DNA of 24,589 nucleotides from positions 1-24,589 of IMG/VR virus record IMGVR_UViG_3300006169_000163, one strand, 5' to 3'. This stretch comes from a virus. Lineage: Duplodnaviria; Caudoviricetes. Numbering within the stretch: position 1 is the first letter of the stretch; every line of letters starts with the position of its first letter. The notes beneath the pieces were generated by a model that searched no databases, was not told the DNA's origin, and saw nothing but the letters and a program-made list of their open reading frames with translations. Made by a program: the position numbers and the translations under genes. Of this stretch, positions 7,068 through 15,034 are shown piece by piece.

Positions 7068-9044
7068 ATGGCCCGAAGAACTCGAAAGGCGAAGCCGACC
7101 GCCGAAGACATCTACTCCGCGACACCGTTTTTGCGGAGTCTCCGTGCTGGGGCAAATTCCGTCGCCGGTGTTGCCGTCGATGAAAAGTCGGCTCTCTCTC
7201 AAAGTGCCGTCTATGCGGCGATCAGGATCATCGCCGAGACTCTCGCGACTTTGCCCTTGCCGGTCTATGAGAGGAAGCTCCGAGGCCGACAACGTCGAAC
7301 CGATGTCGAGGCACATCGCATCCTGAACCAGACACCCGACATGTATCTCGGGTCGGTTCAGTGGCGAGAAGCGATCCTCGGCCATGCCGTCTCTTGGGGC
7401 AACGGTTATTCAGAACTCGAAGTCACGAAGGGCGGTGAGCCCTTGAACGCTCACTTGATCCCACCGGACAAAGTTGAACCTGAACGAGACAAGGCGACCG
7501 GCGCCCTTCAATACAAAGTTGAAGGCTCTCACGTTCGAGTTCCCGCAGATCGAATGATCCATGTCGCCGGGCTCGGATACGACGGGTGTGTCGGATACAG
7601 CCCGATCAAGTTGCACCGCGAGGCGATCGGCTTGGCCAAAGCGACCGAGGTCTTTGGTAGCGCATGGTTCGGCAACGGCTCACGAGCCGCCGGTGTGATC
7701 ACTCACCCCGGAACGCTCACGGCGGATGCGAAAAAGAACATCGCCGACAGTTTGGAACAGAACCACGGCGGACCTGAGAATTTCGGGCGGTGGTTTATCT
7801 TCGGCGAAGGGGTCTCGATCGAGTCGATCGGCATCCCGCCCGAGGATGCTCAGTTCCTACAGACTCGACAATTCCAGATAGCCGAGATCGCTCGGATCTT
7901 CAGGATCAATCCGTTGTTCCTTCAGGATCTTGAGCACGCGACGTTCTCGAACATGGAGCAAGCGGCGATCGATCTCGTCGTTCACACGCTCCGACCTTGG
8001 GCGGTTCGGTTCGAGGCAGAGTTGAACCGGAAGCTCTTCGGTCTTCAGTCGGATTTTTATTGCGAACACCTGATCGACGGCTTGCTTCGAGGCGATACAG
8101 CGACCCGCTATGCCGCCTACGCGATCGGCAGAAATTGGGGATGGCTTTCCGCTGATGACATCTGCGAACTGGAAAACCGCGACCCGTTGCCGGACGGTCA
8201 AGGCTCGATCTATCTCGTGCCGGTGAACATGGTCAACGCGAAGACCTACGTGATGCCCGAGGTCGAAGAGAAGACCGAAGAGCTTGAGGTCGAGGAACCG
8301 AAGGCCGTCGAATCTGATGCCGCTGAAGTGCCGACCCTCGATGGCGCCGATGTCGCGATCACCGAGGTTCAATCGGCATCGATGAACGGAGCGCAGACGA
8401 CGAGCTTGCTCGACATCGTCGGTCTCGTCGTCGCCGGTACTTTGCCGGTCGAGTCAGCACGAGCCATCATCGCCGCGGCATTCCCGATCCTCACGATCGA
8501 ACAGATCGACGCGATCCTTGCACCACTCGCAAACTTGCCGAAGCCCAAGGTCGAGGAACCGGTCGAACCGAAGACCGAAGAGCCCGTCGATCAGGATACA
8601 GAGGAGGGCACGGAAGCCCCCGAGCCGGATGAGTTCGCACTCGACGCCGTTCGCGGTGTCGCCGCGGATGCATACGGTCGGATGATTCGTCGTGAAGCAC
8701 AGGCCGTTCGTCGTGCCGCAAAGAAGCCGAAAGAATTTTTGAACTCTCTCGACGAGATCTACAACGACCATCGAGAGACGGTGGCGATGGCGACGGCACC
8801 GGCAGTCAAAGCGGTCGCGAGTCTGTACGGCATGACGAACCCGGCAGATGTGGCCGGTGTGTGCCAGATGTTCGCCGCGAAGATTGCCGACGAACACCGC
8901 GAGGCTTTGCTCGATCTCTCGGGCAGGGTCGCCTCGGACGGTCTTGTCACCGCTGTCGATGAGCTTGTCACGAAGTGGGAAGCCGAGCGACCCGCAGAGA
9001 TCGCGGTGTCGTTGGCTAACTACTGTCATGGACGCATCGACTAA
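7068..9044 (+). CDS. portal protein, HK97 family, with long C-terminal extension
   Basis: AVYAAIRIIAETLATLP, WGNGY, G.SPI, PEDAQFL.TR.FQ..EIARIF, FSNMEQ, LLRGD, G.LS.D.I..LEN..P. Confidence 0.95.
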   Translation: MARRTRKAKPTAEDIYSATPFLRSLRAGANSVAGVAVDEKSALSQSAVYAAIRIIAETLATLPLPVYERKLRGRQRRTDVEAHRILNQTPDMYLGSVQWREAILGHAVSWGNGYSELEVTKGGEPLNAHLIPPDKVEPERDKATGALQYKVEGSHVRVPADRMIHVAGLGYDGCVGYSPIKLHREAIGLAKATEVFGSAWFGNGSRAAGVITHPGTLTADAKKNIADSLEQNHGGPENFGRWFIFGEGVSIESIGIPPEDAQFLQTRQFQIAEIARIFRINPLFLQDLEHATFSNMEQAAIDLVVHTLRPWAVRFEAELNRKLFGLQSDFYCEHLIDGLLRGDTATRYAAYAIGRNWGWLSADDICELENRDPLPDGQGSIYLVPVNMVNAKTYVMPEVEEKTEELEVEEPKAVESDAAEVPTLDGADVAITEVQSASMNGAQTTSLLDIVGLVVAGTLPVESARAIIAAAFPILTIEQIDAILAPLANLPKPKVEEPVEPKTEEPVDQDTEEGTEAPEPDEFALDAVRGVAADAYGRMIRREAQAVRRAAKKPKEFLNSLDEIYNDHRETVAMATAPAVKAVASLYGMTNPADVAGVCQMFAAKIADEHREALLDLSGRVASDGLVTAVDELVTKWEAERPAEIAVSLANYCHGRID

Positions 9045-9669
9045 ACCCGACCGATATTTTTTCGCAACCGATCTTGCCGCCGAGCAACCGACAGATGACT
9101 CACCCGGGACACTCTCGGGATACGTCGTCAAGTTCAACGTCTTGAGCCATGACCGAGGCGGATACAGAGATGTGTTCCGCCGCGGTGCCTTTAAGAACCT
9201 CGACGATCCGAGCAAGAGCCCGGTCGATATCAAGGCATACAGGGACCACGACGAGACCTACTACCTCGGTCGCACCTCGAACGGCACCTTGAAGCTCGTG
9301 ACCGATGAGGTCGGTGTCCGGTTCAGTCTCAAGTTGCCGAACACTGTCGAGGGTCGAGACACCGCAGCGCTCGCCGCAAGGAAAGACTTCGGAGGAATGA
9401 GCTTCGGGTTCTATCCCGATTCCGACGGCTACTCATGGAAGCATGAGAAAGCCGGGTCGATCCGTGAGATGTATAGCGGAACGCTCGTCGAAGTGAGTGT
9501 TGTATTCGAGCCGGGCATACCGAAGACCGAACTCGTTCTTCATTCTCTCGACGCAAACGATGAGAAGGCAGAACAGGAACTCGCCGAGCATCATGCCCAA
9601 GAGCGGGAACGACGTTTGAGAATTCTTGAGATTGCCGAGAAAGAAATTCTCACAAAGAGCACTAAGTAA
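9028..9669 (+). CDS. prohead protease, HK97 family
   Basis: GY..KFN, F..GAF, DHD...LGRT..GTL.L..D..G, GMSFGF (catalytic Ser), L.EVSVV..P. Start at ATG 9028 after TAACTA. Confidence 0.92.
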   Translation: MDASTKPDRYFFATDLAAEQPTDDSPGTLSGYVVKFNVLSHDRGGYRDVFRRGAFKNLDDPSKSPVDIKAYRDHDETYYLGRTSNGTLKLVTDEVGVRFSLKLPNTVEGRDTAALAARKDFGGMSFGFYPDSDGYSWKHEKAGSIREMYSGTLVEVSVVFEPGIPKTELVLHSLDANDEKAEQELAEHHAQERERRLRILEIAEKEILTKSTK

Positions 9670-9816
9670 GAACAGCAAGCAAGAGAGGTCGCTCCTCTTT
9701 AACTCGCAAGGGACAACCACGGCGAACCGCGGACCCGACCGACACCGAATTCATTTCCGGTGCCGCTCGACCAACGGTTCGCCGTTTGTGTTTTGTGCGG
9801 CACCACTAGGAGCAAA

Positions 9817-11094
9817 GTGAACGCACACGACGCACAAAAGCAGCACGCTCAGGCAATCGCCTCGGCTCGTGCTATCCAGAACGATGCCGACAAGAACAGC
9901 GGCGGAGTTCTCACCGCTGAACAGTCCGAGAACTACAACAAGGCGATCGCAGACGCCGAGAAGTACAAGGCGGAATATGACCGTCTCAGCAAGCTCGAAG
10001 GTCTGGAAGTCGAATCGAAGGCTTCCGCCGGTCGAGTCTCGAAGCCGGTTGAACTGCCCAAGGGCAGCAAGCAGCGCTACTCTCTGATCAAGGCCGCTCG
10101 TGAGCTTGCTTCGGGCAAGGGTCTCACCGGTCTCGAAGCGGAGATCTCTCAAGAGATCGCTCATCAGTACGGCAAAGATCCTCAGGGCTTTTACTTCCCG
10201 ACTCGGTTCGAGGCTTACGACTTTGACCTTTCGGCAGGTACAGGCTCGGTCGTGAGCCAGCACAAGCCCGAAGAGTTCATCGATGCTTTGCGGAACAAGA
10301 TGATCACGGCTCTTGCCGGTGCGCGAGTTCTCGCCGACCTCACTGGTTCGAGCATCACGATCCCGAAGAAGACCGCGACGACTACCGCTTACTGGGTCGG
10401 TGAATCTACCGCTCCGACGGAGTCTGCCGGAACCATCGGTCAAGTCACACTGACTCCGAAGACCGTCGGTGCTTACGTCGATATCAGTCGCAAGCTCATG
10501 CTTCAGTCGAGCTTGGATGTCGAGGCAATGGTTCGTCAGGATCTGATCGACACCCTTGCCGTAGAGTTGGACCGAGTCGGACTTAATGGGTCGGGTTCAG
10601 GGTCCGAGCCGACCGGCATTTTGCAGAACGGTTCGATCAACTCGGTCGCCGTCGGCACCAACGGTGGTGCTCCGACCTATGCTCACTTCGTGAGCATGGA
10701 AACGGAAGTCGCCGACGACAACGCCGACATCGGTACTCTCGCCTACATCGTCACGCCTAAGCTGCGCGGAAAGATGAAGGTGACTGAGAAGGCATCCTCG
10801 ACCGCTCAGTTCCTTTGGGAACCGGGCAACTTGGTCAACGGCTACAACTGCTATGTGACCAAGCAACTTCCCGACAACTTGACGAAGGGCACCGCTTCGG
10901 GCGTTTGCTCGGCGGCACTCTTCGGCAACTTTGCCGACCTGATCTACGGTATGTGGGGCGCCCTCGATCTGACGATCGATCCCTACAGCAACAGCACGAC
11001 CGGTATTCTCCGACTCGTCGCTTTGCAGGATGCCGCCGTTGCGGTTCGTCGCAATGAGAGCTTCTGCGCCGTCAAGGACTTCACAACGACCTAA
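9817..11094 (+). CDS. major capsid protein, HK97 fold
   Basis: AGGAG SD (9808-9812) and GTG 9817; helical delta domain, AYWVGE, VTLTPK, ISRKL..QS, G.G...EP.GI, FGNF..L....WG. Confidence 0.95.
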   Translation: MNAHDAQKQHAQAIASARAIQNDADKNSGGVLTAEQSENYNKAIADAEKYKAEYDRLSKLEGLEVESKASAGRVSKPVELPKGSKQRYSLIKAARELASGKGLTGLEAEISQEIAHQYGKDPQGFYFPTRFEAYDFDLSAGTGSVVSQHKPEEFIDALRNKMITALAGARVLADLTGSSITIPKKTATTTAYWVGESTAPTESAGTIGQVTLTPKTVGAYVDISRKLMLQSSLDVEAMVRQDLIDTLAVELDRVGLNGSGSGSEPTGILQNGSINSVAVGTNGGAPTYAHFVSMETEVADDNADIGTLAYIVTPKLRGKMKVTEKASSTAQFLWEPGNLVNGYNCYVTKQLPDNLTKGTASGVCSAALFGNFADLIYGMWGALDLTIDPYSNSTTGILRLVALQDAAVAVRRNESFCAVKDFTTT

Positions 11095-11127
11095 TGATCT
11101 CGTCGAGCTAGTCTCGACATGGACGAC

Positions 11128-11167
11128 AAAGACGACGAGCCAGATATCTGGCTCGTCGTTTTCTTTT
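11128..11167 (+). terminator. intrinsic terminator after capsid gene
   Basis: Stem ACGACGAGCCAG/CTGGCTCGTCGT followed by a T-tract. Confidence 0.85.
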
Positions 11168-11188
11168 GGGTCAAGCTCTCTATAGGTC

Positions 11189-11362
11189 ATGAGCGACACG
11201 ACTGAACAAGACGAAGTAGATCAGTGCAAAGACTGCAAGTGGATCTTTCCGAAGAGCGAACTTCGCTATGGGCCAGACCCGTTCGCGGAAGAGATACACG
11301 GCGACACCACGCCGACCGTGCTTTGTGAGGGATGTTACCGGTCTTCGTGTTGGGAGATCTAA
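11189..11362 (+). CDS. small CxxC...CxxC zinc-finger protein (57 aa)
   Basis: Hand translation MSDTTEQDEVDQCKDCKWIFPKSELRYGPDPFAEEIHGDTTPTVLCEGCYRSSCWEI; fills the gap between the terminator and the next gene. Confidence 0.65.
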   Translation: MSDTTEQDEVDQCKDCKWIFPKSELRYGPDPFAEEIHGDTTPTVLCEGCYRSSCWEI

Positions 11363-11389
11363 GGTCGAGGCACGGGGGATAGATAAAGC

Positions 11390-11602
11390 ATGAGCACAAC
11401 ACACAAGATCAAGTTCACGAAAGAGACCCTGAACGGCTCGGTCGTTTATTCGCCGGGCGACATCATCGAGGTCGATCGCGATCGCTTTAACCATCTGGTT
11501 CACGAGGCCAAGGTCGCCGAGGCAGTTCGCGAAGAGATCGTCATCGATGTTCCGGTCGAGGTCGTCGAGCCGAAGCCAAAGAAGAAAAAGGTGGCCGAGT
11601 GA
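11390..11602 (+). CDS. small head-associated protein
   Basis: KIKF......G..Y.PGDIIEV......LV...VAE with a Lys-rich tail, typical of small genes after HK97 capsids. Confidence 0.7.
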   Translation: MSTTHKIKFTKETLNGSVVYSPGDIIEVDRDRFNHLVHEAKVAEAVREEIVIDVPVEVVEPKPKKKKVAE

Positions 11603-11826
11603 AGCGGAACTTTTGGCTTCAACAGAGAGCAGACATCGAGCGACTGATCGAGTCGTTCGAGAATGAGCTTGAGATACCCGGCGACATCTTCACCCGATAC
11701 ACCGATCTCAAGCTCGTCTCGCATGGAACGACCGTGACCTTTGCGACCGATTCGTCGCGACTCGGCACACTTATACGACTCGCCGTGAAACGAGTCGAAG
11801 AGATCACTTCAGGAGGACAATGCTAA
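11599..11826 (+). CDS. hypothetical protein
   Basis: GTGA overlap with the upstream gene; contains the SD of the next gene. Confidence 0.55.
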   Translation: MKRNFWLQQRADIERLIESFENELEIPGDIFTRYTDLKLVSHGTTVTFATDSSRLGTLIRLAVKRVEEITSGGQC

Positions 11827-12374
11827 GTGTTACAGTCGCGCCGACCGCCGCCGTCGTTTCGCTTCCTGAGTTGAAGGCACATCTTCGCATCGATGGTGAT
11901 GACGAGAACGATCTCCTCGAAGGTCTGATCTCGGCAGCGACGGCAATTTGCCAGACGAAGAGCGGTCGGCAATTCGTCACCGCGACCTTCGTGCAAAGAG
12001 AAGACTTCACGGGTCTCCGGAATGCAGTCTTCGGCTATGCGAATTCGCCGAGTGTTCCCGGTGCTCGTGTCGTGCTCACGGCGACACCGGTCGTCGAGGT
12101 CGTCTCGTGTGTCGATGGTGATGGCAACGCGGTCACATACACCCTCGACGAGAGCGGTCTTCAGACGGTTCTCGTGCCGACGACTTGTCCTGATCAACTC
12201 GTGATCACGTACAAGGCAGGGTATGGCACTGAACCAGACACCGTGCCGTCATGTGCTCGTCTCGCCGTTCGGGTCGCCGCAAGTTATCTGTGGACTAATC
12301 GTGAGTCAGGTGATCGACTGCCGATGGCGATCGATGCACTCCTCGACCCGATCCGTTTGGTCCCAGTTCGTTAA
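11820..12374 (+). CDS. head-tail connector (gp6/phiE125 gp8-like)
   Basis: VSL.ELKAHLRID.D.E..LL..LI.AA, I.Y.AGYG.....VP, W.NRE, LL.P.R. Confidence 0.9.
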   Translation: MLSVTVAPTAAVVSLPELKAHLRIDGDDENDLLEGLISAATAICQTKSGRQFVTATFVQREDFTGLRNAVFGYANSPSVPGARVVLTATPVVEVVSCVDGDGNAVTYTLDESGLQTVLVPTTCPDQLVITYKAGYGTEPDTVPSCARLAVRVAASYLWTNRESGDRLPMAIDALLDPIRLVPVR

Positions 12375-12450
12375 GACGCCGGACCGAAGCGGGTCTCCTG
12401 AGACCGCCTAGGTTTAGGAACCGACCCGCGACATCGGGCGTCAAAGTCGC

Positions 12451-12494
12451 AAGAGCCCCGAGGCACGCTCAGTCGTCTCGGGGCTTTCTCTTTG
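12451..12494 (+). terminator. intrinsic terminator
   Basis: Stem AGCCCCGAG/CTCGGGGCT followed by TTCTCTTT. Confidence 0.7.
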
Positions 12495-12513
12495 TCCTGC
12501 CCTAGATAAAGGC

Positions 12514-12837
12514 ATGACTCCGACACCAGCAGGACAACGACGACACCGTATCACCGTTCAGCGATACACGACGACGAGCGACCTCGGTCAAGAGGTTCAG
12601 ACTTGGTCAACAGTCGGCACCTATTGGGCCAAGGTCTCGCCGGTCTCGTCGAGCGAAGACCCGGCAGATGACGGCACGACGGCAACCGTCAAGTATCGGA
12701 TCAACATGCTCTACACGGGAACGATCACACACAAAGACCGGATCGTGTATGGCGGACGGAACCTGATGATCGAGAGCATCATCAACGTCGAAGAACTGAA
12801 CATCGAGTATCTGATTCAAGCAAGTGAGGTTGAATGA
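12514..12837 (+). CDS. head closure / head-tail adaptor (SPP1 gp16-like)
   Basis: AG..RHRIT.Q.......G.....W..V...WA.V.P.S, RI.Y.GR...I.SI.N. Confidence 0.9.
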   Translation: MTPTPAGQRRHRITVQRYTTTSDLGQEVQTWSTVGTYWAKVSPVSSSEDPADDGTTATVKYRINMLYTGTITHKDRIVYGGRNLMIESIINVEELNIEYLIQASEVE

Positions 12838-12992
12838 TCGGAATCACGTACAAGTTCGAGATCTTCGGCAACACGTTCGAACTCGATGGCGCCGGTGCTG
12901 AGTTCGCAACTTTTGTGATCTCGTCGATCGTCATCCTCGGCGGATGTTGGGTCGCAAAGAAGCTCGCCGAGTGGTGGTTCAGAGGAGGCTAA
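12834..12992 (+). CDS. small single-TM membrane protein (52 aa)
   Basis: ATGA overlap upstream and TAATG overlap downstream; hydrophobic FATFVISSIVILGGCWVA followed by KK. Confidence 0.6.
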   Translation: MIGITYKFEIFGNTFELDGAGAEFATFVISSIVILGGCWVAKKLAEWWFRGG

Positions 12993-13411
12993 TGGATTAC
13001 GTCGTCAGCATCACCGGCGACCGGGAGATCGATAAGGCGCTTCAAGACCTCGACAAAAAGGTTCGCCGGAAGATCATCAAGGGCGGCATGACCCAAGGCA
13101 TCAAGGTCATGCGGGAAGGGGCGAAGGCGAACGCTCCGATCGGTGAGACAGGCTCACTCAAAGAGTCGATCGTGAGCAAAAGTCAGAAGCGGAGTCGGAA
13201 AGGCTTCGGCATCAACGTCATGTCGAGCAAGAAAACACAAGACGGCGACTTGCCGTTCCATACAGCGGCGGTCGAGTTCGGCGCGAAGTCGAGAGGCATC
13301 GAGGCGAAGAACACCTTCCGCGACACGTTCGAGGATAAGGGACAAGAGACCCTCGACATCACGATCAAAAACATTAGAGACAAGATACTTCAGGCCGCGG
13401 AGGGCAAGTGA
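12992..13411 (+). CDS. HK97 gp10-like tail completion/neck protein
   Basis: GGAGG SD and ATG 12992; ITG..E....L..L, AK.NAP...TG.LK.SI, VEFG, F.R..F. Confidence 0.85.
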   Translation: MDYVVSITGDREIDKALQDLDKKVRRKIIKGGMTQGIKVMREGAKANAPIGETGSLKESIVSKSQKRSRKGFGINVMSSKKTQDGDLPFHTAAVEFGAKSRGIEAKNTFRDTFEDKGQETLDITIKNIRDKILQAAEGK

Positions 13412-13830
13412 CGCCAGATGAAGCATTCCTCAGTTATCTCAAGACACACGACGATGTGATCGCGTTGTTCGGTTCGAGGATCTACTCGAACCACTTGCCG
13501 GAGTCTCCGACGCTTCCCGCGATCGCGATCGGTCTTCGGACCGCTGAACACCTTGCCGTGCTCTCAGGTTCAGCGGGGATCGTCACAGCGACGTTTGAGG
13601 TCCGGATCTGGTGTGAGACTTTCCGTGCCGCCGTCGAGGCCGGTGATGTGATTCGTCAAGCGGTGCAAGGCTACCGGGGCGCCATGGGCACGTTGACATG
13701 TCTCTCGTCGATTCTTACCGACGATCAGAATTCGACCGTCGCCCCCGATGAGGGAAGCTCGGCTTACGTATACGCCAAGAGCTTGACCTACAAGATCAAG
13801 TTCCGCGAGGCGATCCCGAGCTTCCCGTAA
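13408..13830 (+). CDS. tail terminator protein (DUF3168/gp17-like)
   Basis: V.AL.G.RIY...LP...TLPAI; located before the major tail gene. Confidence 0.8.
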   Translation: MTPDEAFLSYLKTHDDVIALFGSRIYSNHLPESPTLPAIAIGLRTAEHLAVLSGSAGIVTATFEVRIWCETFRAAVEAGDVIRQAVQGYRGAMGTLTCLSSILTDDQNSTVAPDEGSSAYVYAKSLTYKIKFREAIPSFP

Positions 13831-13895
13831 AGAGAACCGTCGCCGACTGCCATACATACCCGCAGAAGGTTCCGCGAACCCACCTGTGAGGATAG

Positions 13896-14309
13896 ATGGC
13901 AGTATACGAAGGCGAAGGCACAAGTTTGCATGTAGGCGCGACGAGCACCGTGACCGAGATCGGGCAGGTGTTCTCGATCAGTGGTCCGGGTATGGCGGTC
14001 GGTGAGATCGAGAAGACTCACCTTGCCAGCACGTTCAAGGAGTTTAGACCCGGCTTGCTCGACATCGGGCAAGTCACGTTCTCGATTTACTTCGACAGCG
14101 CGAACACTCAACACACGCTCGTCGAGTCGTCGATCACGACTCCGGCAACCCTGTATTGGGAACTTCAAACCACCGACGGAAAGACCCGTGCTTTTCAAGG
14201 CTTCCCGGTGAGCTTCAATTACACCGGAATGGAAGTCGAAGGGAACTTGACCGCCGAGGTCACAATTCGAGTCACGACAGTTCCGGTCATCTCAACAACC
14301 GGCGCTTGA
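13896..14309 (+). CDS. major tail (tube) protein, lambda gpV/HK97-like
   Basis: GT.L......EIG.V.SISGPG.....IE.THL.S..KEF.PGL.D.G.VTF, F.GF. Confidence 0.9.
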   Translation: MAVYEGEGTSLHVGATSTVTEIGQVFSISGPGMAVGEIEKTHLASTFKEFRPGLLDIGQVTFSIYFDSANTQHTLVESSITTPATLYWELQTTDGKTRAFQGFPVSFNYTGMEVEGNLTAEVTIRVTTVPVISTTGA

Positions 14310-14324
14310 TAGAGACGGAGGAAG

Positions 14325-14660
14325 ATGCTTAACCGCGATGCGATTCTTGCGGCAGACGATCTGCCGAAAGAGAAGATCACGATCAAGGCTTGGGGTGGCG
14401 ACGTTTTTGTCCGAACCATGAAGGCCGCCGATCGCGATCGATGGGAGCAATGGGTGTCGAAGAACCCGGGCGTCAACGTCAGGGCTTCGCTCGCCGTCAA
14501 CACGGTGTGCGACGAGAACGGGAACCTTCTCTTCAGCGAGGCAGACATCGAAGCACTCGGCCAGAAGAGCGGGGCGGCACTGGGTCAGATCGCGGATGTC
14601 GCGTTCAAGCTCAACCGGGTTCTCTCGGAAGATGTCGAGGCCATGGAAAAAAACTCTTGA
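14325..14660 (+). CDS. tail assembly chaperone (gpG-like)
   Basis: LNRD.IL...D, WGG.V.VR.M...DRD.WE, CDENG..LF...D...L; ends MEKNS at the slippery site. Confidence 0.88.
   Translation: MLNRDAILAADDLPKEKITIKAWGGDVFVRTMKAADRDRWEQWVSKNPGVNVRASLAVNTVCDENGNLLFSEADIEALGQKSGAALGQIADVAFKLNRVLSEDVEAMEKNS
14645..14654 (+). promoter_or_regulatory. programmed -1 frameshift site (G GAA AAA AAC)
   Basis: A AAA AAC heptamer at 14648-14654; the -1 frame stays open to 15034. Confidence 0.8.
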
Positions 14661-15034
14661 GCGACCCGGTAAGGCGAATGATCGTTCGCCTTGCCGTGGT
14701 CAACGGGGGTTCGGTTCGAAAGATTGAACAGGGTCTCGACTCGACCGACATCTCATGGATGCTCGCGGCGGAACGGGTCGGACTGATTCCCGATCCATGG
14801 CAACAAACCGCCTTCATCTGCGCAGCCGTGATGAATGCGAACACGAAGCGAAAAGATGGAAGGTCTTGGACTGCCGACGACTTCTATCCGTTTAAGCGAC
14901 GAGCAAAACGGATGAAGGGTGCCGAGATCGCGAAGATGTTCGACTCGATGACCGAGCACATCGACAAGAAGAAAAGGCGCGGCGGTATCCGCAAGCTCGA
15001 CATCACGAAGACGGAGACCACCTCGGAGGATTAG
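14651..15034 (+). CDS. tail assembly chaperone frameshift extension (gpT-like part of gpGT)
   Basis: -1 frame reads LLSDPVRR..VRLA...G.SV......DS..I..W; located before the tape measure gene. Confidence 0.75.
   Translation, partial: KLLSDPVRRMIVRLAVVNGGSVRKIEQGLDSTDISWMLAAERVGLIPDPWQQTAFICAAVMNANTKRKDGRSWTADDFYPFKRRAKRMKGAEIAKMFDSMTEHIDKKKRRGGIRKLDITKTETTSED

Noticed and set aside
12375-12450. tRNA, HDV-like, hammerhead, twister or pistol ribozyme
   Set aside because: No cloverleaf or T-loop, no room for the HDV P3/L3, and the catalytic consensus sequences are missing. Kept only as an unclassified structure.
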